26,456 nucleotides of DNA. Source: Candidatus Methylomirabilia bacterium. Lineage in GTDB: Bacteria > Methylomirabilota > Methylomirabilia > Rokubacteriales > CSP1-6. A model generated the notes under the pieces. It was not told the DNA's origin. It saw only the letters and a list, made by a program, of their open reading frames with translations, and ran no database searches. The stretch is taken from contig JBGPXN010000055.1 in the NCBI GenBank assembly GCA_041492755.1, forward strand, positions 1 to 26,456, read 5' to 3'. Made by a program: the position numbers and the translations under genes. This document shows positions 1 through 8,355 of the stretch, piece by piece; position 1 is the first letter of the stretch; the number at the start of each line of letters is the position of its first letter.

Positions 1-1692
1 CTGATGGACGCGCTCGGGCAGCGCGCGGATCGCATCCGGATGATCGGCGTGCACCACGAGCAGGTGGCCGGCTACATGGCGGACGCCTACTACCGCGTCG
101 CGCACCGGCCGGCCGCGACGTTCACGTCGTGCGGGCCCGGCTCCGTCAACCTGACCATCGCGCTGGCCTGCGCGATGATGGACTCCTCCGCGCTCGTGGC
201 CATCACCGGCAACGTGCCGACCCCGCAGTTCAACCGCGGCCCGTTCCAGGAGACGTACCGTCACCACCAGGCCGACTTTCCCTCCGTCATCCGCCCGTAC
301 GTGAAGCGCAGCTTCCAGGTGCCGCGCCCCGAGATGCTGCCGCTCGCGCTCCGGCAGGCGTTCAAGACGGCCGTGACGGGACGGCCGGGCCCGGTGAACG
401 TGGACGTGCCGCTGGACGTATTCGTCGAGGACGCGCCGGGCGTGACCGTGCCGGACCCGGAGGCGTGGTGGCACGGGATCGACCGCCGTCCCGGCCCGTC
501 GCCCGAGATCGCGCGCCGCGCGCTCGACTTGCTGATGGGCGCCGAGCGGCCCGTGATCCTCGTCGGCAACGGCGCGGCGCTATCGGAAGCGGCCACCGAG
601 GTGCGGCGGCTCGCCGAATTGCTGGGCGCCCCCGTCGCCAACACCCCGCAGGGCGCGGGCGTCATGCCGGCCGACCATCCGCTCGCGGTCGGCGTGGTCG
701 GGCGCAACGGAACGTATCCCGCGAACCAGGCCACGCGTCAGGCCGACGTGCTGCTGGCGCTCGGCGCCCGCTTCGACGACCGGGTGAGCAGCGGCTGGAT
801 CCCCGGCTACACGTTCACGATTCCGCCCACCAAGCTGGTCCAGGTCGACGTCGATCCGGAGGAGATCGGCCGCAACTATCCGGTCCACCTCGGCGCGCCC
901 GCGGACGTGAAGACGTTCCTGCGCGCGGTGCTGGCGCTGGCCGAGGCCGGCGGCGCGCGCAACGGGCACGACGCCTGGCGCGAGCAGGTGAGCGCGTGGC
1001 AGCGCGACTGGGTGCAGTTCAACGAGCGCCGCTACCGGCCCGATGCGGTGCCGCTGCAGCCCGAGCACGTCGTTCGCACCCTGCGGCAGGTGGTGCCGCG
1101 GGACGGCATCGTGCTCGTGGACGTCGGCGTGCACCACAACTGGGTCGTCCAGCAGTGGCCGGTCTATCAGCCGCAGACGCTGCTCCAGTCGTGGGGCTTC
1201 GCGGCCATGGGCTTCGCCGTCGGCGGCGTGCTGGGCGCGAAGCTCGCGGCGCCCGATCGGCGCGCCATCGCCGTCTGCGGCGACGGCGGGTTCCTCATGA
1301 CGTCCAACGCCGTCGCCACCGCGGTCGAGTACGGGATCCCGGTGACGTGGGTGGTCTGGAACAACTCCGGCTACGTCTCCATCCGGGATCTCCAGAAGGG
1401 CGCCTTCGGCAAGGAGACGACGACGATGTTTCATCGCGAGGCGACCGGCGAGCCGTTCTCGCCGGACTACGCGATGCTCGCGCGCGCGTGCGGCGCCGAG
1501 GGTATCCGCGTCACCACGCCCGGTGAGCTGGGCGACGCGCTGGCCGCCGCCGTCCGCTCCGACCGTCCGACGGTCGTGGACGTCGCGGTCGACGTGACGC
1601 CGCCCATCGCGACCGGCACGTGGCAACTCCCGCCGCTGGCGTACCCGGAGCCGAACTATCCGGCGCTGCTGGCGCAGCCGGGGATGCGCTGA
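1..1692 (+). CDS. Thiamine-diphosphate-dependent enzyme, acetolactate synthase large subunit-like (5'-partial; frame is open at the window edge)
   Basis: Catalytic Glu motif HHEQxAGYMADAYYR, TSCGPGSVN, central GARFDDR FAD-domain segment, ThDP motif GDGGF...WNN. Substrate cannot be assigned from sequence. Confidence 0.92.
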   Translation: MMDALGQRADRIRMIGVHHEQVAGYMADAYYRVAHRPAATFTSCGPGSVNLTIALACAMMDSSALVAITGNVPTPQFNRGPFQETYRHHQADFPSVIRPYVKRSFQVPRPEMLPLALRQAFKTAVTGRPGPVNVDVPLDVFVEDAPGVTVPDPEAWWHGIDRRPGPSPEIARRALDLLMGAERPVILVGNGAALSEAATEVRRLAELLGAPVANTPQGAGVMPADHPLAVGVVGRNGTYPANQATRQADVLLALGARFDDRVSSGWIPGYTFTIPPTKLVQVDVDPEEIGRNYPVHLGAPADVKTFLRAVLALAEAGGARNGHDAWREQVSAWQRDWVQFNERRYRPDAVPLQPEHVVRTLRQVVPRDGIVLVDVGVHHNWVVQQWPVYQPQTLLQSWGFAAMGFAVGGVLGAKLAAPDRRAIAVCGDGGFLMTSNAVATAVEYGIPVTWVVWNNSGYVSIRDLQKGAFGKETTTMFHREATGEPFSPDYAMLARACGAEGIRVTTPGELGDALAAAVRSDRPTVVDVAVDVTPPIATGTWQLPPLAYPEPNYPALLAQPGMR

Positions 1693-1862
1693 TGCCGATC
1701 TACGAGCTGACGTTCCTGTGGGGGGTGGGGCCGCGAGTGGAGGAAGCCGCCGTGGACCACATCAAAGGATTTTCGTACCCGGCGCCCTACGAGGACTCGA
1801 AGCTCAAGCCGGGGCGCTCCGAGCGTTGGGGGTATCGGGGGCCAGGTCGGGGCCCCCGATGA
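1692..1862 (+). CDS. Small hypothetical ORF (56 aa, MPIYELTFLWG...), possibly an internally deleted gene remnant
   Basis: ATG 1692 overlaps the upstream TGA (TGATG coupling), with GC3-rich host-like codons over most of its length. The last ~11 codons run through a palindromic element. Confidence 0.45.
   Translation: MPIYELTFLWGVGPRVEEAAVDHIKGFSYPAPYEDSKLKPGRSERWGYRGPGRGPR
1828..1860. repeat. REP-like GC-rich palindrome
   Basis: Perfect 10-bp inverted repeat ATCGGGGGCC (1834-1843) / GGCCCCCGAT (1851-1860) with a 7-nt loop, preceded by GGGGGT. No U-tract; lies between convergent genes. Confidence 0.6.
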
Positions 1863-1898
1863 TCTCAGGTCGGGTTCAACTCTTCGCGATCGTCGTCG

Positions 1899-2930
<1,032 letters not shown>

Positions 2931-3000
2931 GTCGTTGCTCCTTTCCCGCGGCGGGGCCGCAACGGGCTTAGATCTTACCCCAAACGCCGCGGATTGAGGT

Positions 3001-3276
3001 CGCGGACGTGAAGACGTTCCTGCGCGCGGTACTCGCGGGAGGCCGGCGGCGCGCGGAACGGGCACGACGCGTGGCGGAGCCGGGTGGGCGCGTGGCAGCG
3101 CGACTGCGCGCAGTTCAACGAGCACCGCTATCGGCCGGACGCGGTGCCAGTTCAGCCCGAGCCCCTCGTTCACACGCTACGGCAGGTGGTGCCGCGGGAC
3201 GGCATCGTGCTCGTGGACTCGGTGTGCGCCGAATTACCCGGCGCTGCTGGCGCAGCCGGGGACGCCGCGACCCTGA
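3001..3276 (+). pseudogene. Decayed partial second copy of the ThDP enzyme gene
   Basis: 3001-~3228 aligns to 900-~1133 and ~3228-3262 aligns to ~1650-1684 (NYPALLAQPG). It has a 5-bp frameshifting deletion near 3038, a ~0.5 kb internal deletion, and no 5' part. Confidence 0.9.
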
Positions 3277-3280
3277 CCGA

Positions 3281-3799
3281 TCACGCCGTTTGCGCTCGCA
3301 CGGAACGGGCGGCGGTCCGCCGATCCGAGCGCCGCAACAGCAGGGCGAAGAGCATGACGTGGGTCACGTAGAGGGCGGGCACCGCAAAGGTTGGAATGTA
3401 CCAGGCCGAGCCCAGGTGCGGTCCCACGCCTCGGCTCGTGCCCTGGTAGAAGGCGTAGAGCAGATCGACGGTCCCGACGATATTGGCGAGCCAGGTCAGG
3501 GCAAGCGCCAGCGGCCATCGGTAGTGGAGAGCCAGGATTGCCAGGAGGGCAAGCAGCCCTGCCACGAGATCGCCGTAGGCGGCGGGCTTCGCGAAGGCGG
3601 GCGTCAGAGTCGGGGCAACGACCGCTGGAACCAGAAATACCAGACCCAGGTGACGGAAGGCATGGAGGAAGAGCAACGGGACCAACGCGTCGTGGAGCGG
3701 CATCGCGGCCAGGCGCGGCGCCACGTACCACTTCGCGATGAGCCCATAACCGATCAGGCTGAGCACGAACTGGACCCCGAAGATCTGAAAGCCATCCAT
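3281..3799 (-). CDS. Conserved hypothetical integral membrane protein (172 aa, about 5 TM segments)
   Basis: Alternating hydrophobic helices, motifs LHAFRHLGLVFL, AYGDL, GTVDL. Starts 3 nt after the sigma factor stop, with GAGGAG upstream. Confidence 0.8.
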   Translation of the reverse strand: MDGFQIFGVQFVLSLIGYGLIAKWYVAPRLAAMPLHDALVPLLFLHAFRHLGLVFLVPAVVAPTLTPAFAKPAAYGDLVAGLLALLAILALHYRWPLALALTWLANIVGTVDLLYAFYQGTSRGVGPHLGSAWYIPTFAVPALYVTHVMLFALLLRRSDRRTAARSVRAQTA

Positions 3800-3802
3800 G
3801 TT

Positions 3803-5095
3803 TCACTCCTCAGGCGTGACGCGGGCCTCGCACGCAGCGAGCCTGGCCGCGAGGAAGGTCTGCTCGCGCGCGTTGTCGGCAAGCTCGAGCGCCCGGCGGT
3901 ATTCGGCGGCCGCCTCCGGCCACCGGCCGAGCAGACGGAGGAAATCGGCGCGGGCGGCGGGCAAGAGGTGATACCGCCGCAGGGCTGAGGTGTCGATCGC
4001 GTCGAGGGCGGCCAGCCCGGCCTCCGGCCCCTGCGCCAGCCCGATCGCCACCGCGCGGTTCAGGTCGACCACCGGCGACGGCGCGACGTTGGCAAGCGCG
4101 CGGTAGAGCCTGACGATCTCGGACCAGTCCGTCGCCTCCCAGCGGGCCGCGCGCGCGTGGCAGCCGGCGATGGCCGCCTGCAACTGGTACGGGCCGGCGC
4201 GGTCCATCGGGCCGGCGCGTTCGAGGCAGGTGAGGCCGGCGGCGATGCGCGCCTGGTCCCAGCGCGAGCGATCTTGATGCTCGAGCAGGACGAGGTTGCC
4301 GTCGGCGTCGGTACGCGCCGCCGCGCGCGAGGCCTGCAGCTCCATCAGCGCGAGCAGGCCCAGGACCTCGGGCTCGCGGGGCATCAGGTCGGCGAGCATG
4401 TGGCCGAGCCGGAGCGCGTCCTCGCAGAGATCGTGCCGGACCAGCGCGTCGCCGCTGTGCGCGGCGTAGCCCTCGTTGAAGATCAGGTAGAGGACCGCGA
4501 GCACGGCCGGCAGGCGCGCGGACAGCTCGGCGCCTTCGGGCACCTCGTAGGGTAGGGCGCGGTCGCGAATCGTGCGCTTGGCGCGCACGAGACGCTGGGC
4601 GATCGTCGGCTCGGGCACCAGGAAGGCACGCGCGATCTCCGGCGTCGTGAGACCGCCCACCAGCTTCAGCGTGAGCGCGACGTGGCTGTCGGCGGGCAGA
4701 CCCGGATGACAGCAGGTGAAGATCAGCCGCAGGCGGTCGTCGGGGATCGCGTCGGGATCGTTCACGTCAGGGCTCTCATCTATCGCCCCGAGCGCGGTCT
4801 CGTAGGCGAGGGCGTCGGCACGCGCACCGGCGCGCCGTTGACGGCGCAGGTGATCGAGCGCGCGCCGCCGTGCCGTCGTCAGGAGCCACGCTCCGGGGCG
4901 GTCCGGCGGTCCGGTCGCGGGCCAGTGCTCGAGCGCCTGCTCGAACGCCGCCTGGACGATCTCCTCCGCCGCGTCGATGTCGCGCACGATCCGGAGCACG
5001 GACGCGACGATACCCGCGTACTCCTCGCGGAATGCGTCGGCGACCCGCGCGTGCACGCTGCCGTCGGCCGCCTGTCCGTGGTCAATCGAGGCCAC
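3803..5095 (-). CDS. ECF sigma factor of group ECF42 with C-terminal TPR-like (DUF6596) extension
   Basis: Region 2 (AEEIVQAAFEQAL...AWLLTTARRRALD), DDRLRLIFTCCHP, QRLVRAK, YLIFNEGY, QDRSRWD, GPYQLQAAIA, LNRAVA. Adjacent to a DGPF gene. Start taken as GTG 5095 (uncertain). Confidence 0.92.
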   Translation of the reverse strand: MASIDHGQAADGSVHARVADAFREEYAGIVASVLRIVRDIDAAEEIVQAAFEQALEHWPATGPPDRPGAWLLTTARRRALDHLRRQRRAGARADALAYETALGAIDESPDVNDPDAIPDDRLRLIFTCCHPGLPADSHVALTLKLVGGLTTPEIARAFLVPEPTIAQRLVRAKRTIRDRALPYEVPEGAELSARLPAVLAVLYLIFNEGYAAHSGDALVRHDLCEDALRLGHMLADLMPREPEVLGLLALMELQASRAAARTDADGNLVLLEHQDRSRWDQARIAAGLTCLERAGPMDRAGPYQLQAAIAGCHARAARWEATDWSEIVRLYRALANVAPSPVVDLNRAVAIGLAQGPEAGLAALDAIDTSALRRYHLLPAARADFLRLLGRWPEAAAEYRRALELADNAREQTFLAARLAACEARVTPEE

Positions 5096-5166
5096 GGGCA
5101 GATGGTACTCGATGCGCGGCGCGTCCTCTCTGCGGAGGCGTCGCGTTCGCGACGGCGCCGAGATGG

Positions 5167-5511
5167 TTACATCTGCCAGATCGGTCGCACCTCGATGAAG
5201 TCGCCGTCCCGGAGCGGGATCTTCTTCGCCCACTCGACGGCTTCCGGCTTGGCATCGCACTCGATCAGGTAGAACCCGCCGAGAGCTTCCTTCGTCTCGG
5301 CGAACGGCCCATCCATGACCTGGCGCTGGCCGGCTTTGAAGTGGACGCGGCTGCCATCGCTGTCGGGGCGAAGCCGCTCGCCCACGACCACCTTGCCGGC
5401 CGCTTGCAGCTCGTCGGCAAAGCGCCGGTGTCCTGCCACGATGGTCTCCATCTCCGCCCTCGTGCCTGGCGGCGCGGACTTGTCAGAGCAGATCAGCAGC
5501 ATGTAGCGCAT
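5167..5511 (-). CDS. YciI/DGPF-domain protein
   Basis: MRYMLLI start with GGAGG SD, DGPFAETKEALGGFYLIEC and IEVRPI motifs. This is the canonical ECF42 partner. Confidence 0.93.
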   Translation of the reverse strand: MRYMLLICSDKSAPPGTRAEMETIVAGHRRFADELQAAGKVVVGERLRPDSDGSRVHFKAGQRQVMDGPFAETKEALGGFYLIECDAKPEAVEWAKKIPLRDGDFIEVRPIWQM

Positions 5512-5601
5512 GGGGTTTCCTCCCGCCCTCATTTCCTCGACAGAGGTCCGTCTTGGTGACGCGCCCCCGGTCGTCGATCTGGAGACCACGTCACCTATTA
5601 C

Positions 5602-5628
5602 GACGCCGATGACCCCCCGAAATCGACA
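5602..5628 (-). promoter_or_regulatory. Putative ECF42-dependent promoter
   Basis: Minus strand TGTCGA-N17-CGTC about 90 nt upstream of the DGPF gene. Matches the described ECF42 consensus (-35 TGTCGA, -10 CG(A/T)C). Confidence 0.7.
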
Positions 5629-5714
5629 CTCGTGCGACAACCGAGGGACGCAGCGCTCGTCGCCGGCGCGGCGGCACGCCCGCTGACGCGTGGGCGACTC
5701 AGACTATGGAAGGC

Positions 5715-6302
5715 TCACGGGAGGAGATCAGCGACGGCGATGGCGCAGCCGGGAGCGATGATCGGCGTAACGGTAGCCGGGGGCCGCAGCGTCTCGATCC
5801 TGCGATAGCACCAGCCATAGACTGTTGCTGGCGCGACTTCCGGCTCCCGATAGACTTCGAGCGCACCATGGACGACATCGAGGATCCAGTAGTCGGCAAT
5901 GCCCGCGCGGGCGTAGAGGCCCGTCTTCGTCTGCCGATCCGTCCGGTAGGTGCTATCAGCGATCTCGACAACGAGCACGGCGTGTGTCGGATGCGCGTCT
6001 CGATAGGAGGTTGGATCGCCCGGGACCACGGCCACATCCGGTTCGGGCTCCGAGTCATCATCGAGCGCGATCGGAAGCTGCGAGTCGATCTGCCAGTCAT
6101 CGCCGAGCGCTTTGCGGAGCGCCGCCAGCACTCGCCGGATCGCGGTGGCGTGGCGACTTCCTTGGGGTTCGCGAACGACGAGCAGGCCGTCGAGCAGCTC
6201 CAGGCGTTCGCCGGGCTGAAATACGCCAAGTTCGATCAGGCGCTCGTATTCCACGCGTCTCCAACGTCGGAGTCGCGGTAGGGAGCTCACCGTCAGTGCC
6301 AT
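5715..6302 (-). CDS. Uma2 family (DUF820) putative endonuclease
   Basis: EYERL...ERLELLDG, SEPEPDVAVV, LVVEIADST, K..LYARAGIADYWILD motifs. Confidence 0.92.
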   Translation of the reverse strand: MALTVSSLPRLRRWRRVEYERLIELGVFQPGERLELLDGLLVVREPQGSRHATAIRRVLAALRKALGDDWQIDSQLPIALDDDSEPEPDVAVVPGDPTSYRDAHPTHAVLVVEIADSTYRTDRQTKTGLYARAGIADYWILDVVHGALEVYREPEVAPATVYGWCYRRIETLRPPATVTPIIAPGCAIAVADLLP

Positions 6303-6378
6303 CGATCCGGAGCGTAGCGAGTCGCCATTCAGCCGTCAATGTCTGCGAATCCAGACACCACGGCGGAGTCGGCGCAGG

Positions 6379-7593
6379 TCAGCAGCACCCGCCCAAGATG
6401 CCCGCCCGCGCGCCCGGCTTCGCCCGATCCGGCAGCCATCCCCACGGCCGTGGCCCGAAGTCCGGCATGAACACCTGTCCGCGTTTCAGCGTCACGTGCG
6501 GCGTGAACGCGCGGTTCGCGCGCAGGCCCGAGCCCAGGATGTCGTAGACCATCCAGTCGCCGTCTTGCAGGTCGAGCACCGAGATGTCGGCCTGGCGCCC
6601 GACCTCCAACTTCCCCAGCCGCTGCTCGGCGCCGATGGCCTTTGCTGGGTTTGCGGTGCACATGGTCACCACTTGCGGCAGCGTGAAGCCGAGGGCCAGG
6701 AAGCGCGTCATCATCTCCGTCATGCTGTGCACGGTGTTGAGCCGGCCGGGGACGGTGAGGTCGGTGCTGATGCAGTGCGGGAGCAGGCCCTGGTCGATGA
6801 TCTTGCGGCCGACGTCGAAGCTGAAGTTCATCCGGCCGTGCGCGGTGTCGAACCAGACGCCGCGATCGTTCGCCTCGCGGGCTTCGGGCACGAGCTTGCC
6901 GTTGCCGTCGAGGACGCCGCCGGGGTTCGGCGTGAAGTAGTGGGTGAGGATGTCGCCCGGCTCCAGCAGCGAGAGCAGCGGGTGGATGACCTTCGGGTCG
7001 TAGCGCTTCTCGGTGTCGCCGATGTGGACCATGAGCTTGATGCCCGCTTCGCGCGCCGCCTTCCGGGCCAGCTTCGGCATCTCCATGCCCATGATCTCGA
7101 GCGCGGGCGACACCATGCGCGCCTTGATTCCCGCGATGAGCCCCTTGTGCTCGGTCGCCACGCGGATCGTGTCGTCCACCTTCACGCTGCTCTCGGCGAT
7201 GATGTCCGGCATCGTCGCCAGCCCGGTCTGGCAGATGTGCAGGAACGGGATGATCTCGGTGTGGCAGTGGGGAATGATGTGCTTGGGAAACGCGGCGAAG
7301 GTGGCCGGCCCCGCGCTGCCGGCGTCGACGATCGTCGTGACGCCGGCGTAGACGCCGCCGAGGTCCGGATTCACCCCCGTGCGGTTCACGCCCTCGAAGA
7401 CGTGGGCGTGCAGGTCGATCAACCCGGGGGTGACGATCTTGCCGCCGACTTCGATCACCCGCGCCGCCTCGGCCGGCGCGATGCCCGCCGCGATGCGCGC
7501 GATCTTTCCGTTCTCGACCGCGACGTCCATGACGCCGTCGAGCCCGCTCGACGGGTCCACGACCGTTCCGCCCTTCAGCACGAGATCGAACAT
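6379..7593 (-). CDS. Amidohydrolase/deacetylase family metallohydrolase (dihydroorotase-like)
   Basis: PGLIDLHAH, GVTTIVDAGSAG, GIKAR (carboxylated Lys position), MVHIG, LTH, DTAHG, ISTD, TANPA. GAGGAGG SD. Confidence 0.92.
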   Translation of the reverse strand: MFDLVLKGGTVVDPSSGLDGVMDVAVENGKIARIAAGIAPAEAARVIEVGGKIVTPGLIDLHAHVFEGVNRTGVNPDLGGVYAGVTTIVDAGSAGPATFAAFPKHIIPHCHTEIIPFLHICQTGLATMPDIIAESSVKVDDTIRVATEHKGLIAGIKARMVSPALEIMGMEMPKLARKAAREAGIKLMVHIGDTEKRYDPKVIHPLLSLLEPGDILTHYFTPNPGGVLDGNGKLVPEAREANDRGVWFDTAHGRMNFSFDVGRKIIDQGLLPHCISTDLTVPGRLNTVHSMTEMMTRFLALGFTLPQVVTMCTANPAKAIGAEQRLGKLEVGRQADISVLDLQDGDWMVYDILGSGLRANRAFTPHVTLKRGQVFMPDFGPRPWGWLPDRAKPGARAGILGGCC

Positions 7594-7638
7594 GCCCGGC
7601 CTCCTCGGATCTTTTCGTGCGCCCGTTGTCGTCTGCCG

Positions 7639-8355
7639 CTATGTGCCTTCGCGAAGACCAAGATACGCCTCCTGGATGCGCGACTGCTGGCGAAGGACGG
7701 CCGGCGCGCCCTCGGCGACGACGCGGCCCTCCTCGAGGACGTAGGCGCGATCGGCGATCTCGAGCGCGCGCACGACGTTCTGCTCGACGAGCAGGATGGC
7801 CACGCCCTCGGCGTGGATCGCGCGGATGGTGGCGAACATGTGGTCGACCACGGCCGGCGCCAGTCCGAGCGACGGCTCGTCCAGCAGGAGCAGGCGTGGG
7901 CGCGCCATCAGCGCGCGGCCGATCGCCACCATCTGCTGCTGGCCGCCGGAGAGCGACCCCGCCCGTTGCCGCCGGCGCTCGCCCAGGATGGGAAAGAGCC
8001 CATAGACCCGATCCAGCGTCGCCGCGCGGACCCGGCGCGCCTCGGCGCGGTAGCAGCCGATCTCGAGGTTTTCCTCGACCGACATCCGCGCGAACAGCCG
8101 GCGCCCCTCCGGCACCAGCGCGATCCCATGACGGCACACGAGGTGCGACGGCACGGCCGTGAGGTCCACGCCCGCGAAACGCAACACTCCCGAGCGCGGG
8201 CGCTGAAGCCCGGCGATGGTGTTGACCAGGGTGCTCTTGCCCGCCCCGTTCGGTCCGATCACCGAGACGAGCTCGCCCTCGTCGACGACGAGCGACGCGT
8301 CCCAGACGGCCGGGGCGTCACCGTAGGCGATGGCGAGATGACGCACCTCAAGCAA
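7639..8355 (-). CDS. Branched-chain amino acid-type ABC transporter ATP-binding subunit (LivF-like)
   Basis: Walker A GPNGAGKST, VPEGRRLF, LSGGQQQM, LLLLDEPSLGLAP, VEQN. TTG start overlaps the upstream gene end. Confidence 0.93.
   Translation of the reverse strand: MLEVRHLAIAYGDAPAVWDASLVVDEGELVSVIGPNGAGKSTLVNTIAGLQRPRSGVLRFAGVDLTAVPSHLVCRHGIALVPEGRRLFARMSVEENLEIGCYRAEARRVRAATLDRVYGLFPILGERRRQRAGSLSGGQQQMVAIGRALMARPRLLLLDEPSLGLAPAVVDHMFATIRAIHAEGVAILLVEQNVVRALEIADRAYVLEEGRVVAEGAPAVLRQQSRIQEAYLGLREGT

Noticed and set aside
2931..3173. N-terminal extension of fbaA in the ORF track
   Set aside because: It is the antisense of the ThDP pseudogene. The SD and family N-terminus place the start at 2930.
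5693..6326. 8-bp inverted repeat GGCGACTC/GAGTCGCC flanking the Uma2 gene
   Set aside because: Too short for GC-rich DNA, with no target duplication or transposase. It cannot support a mobile element call.
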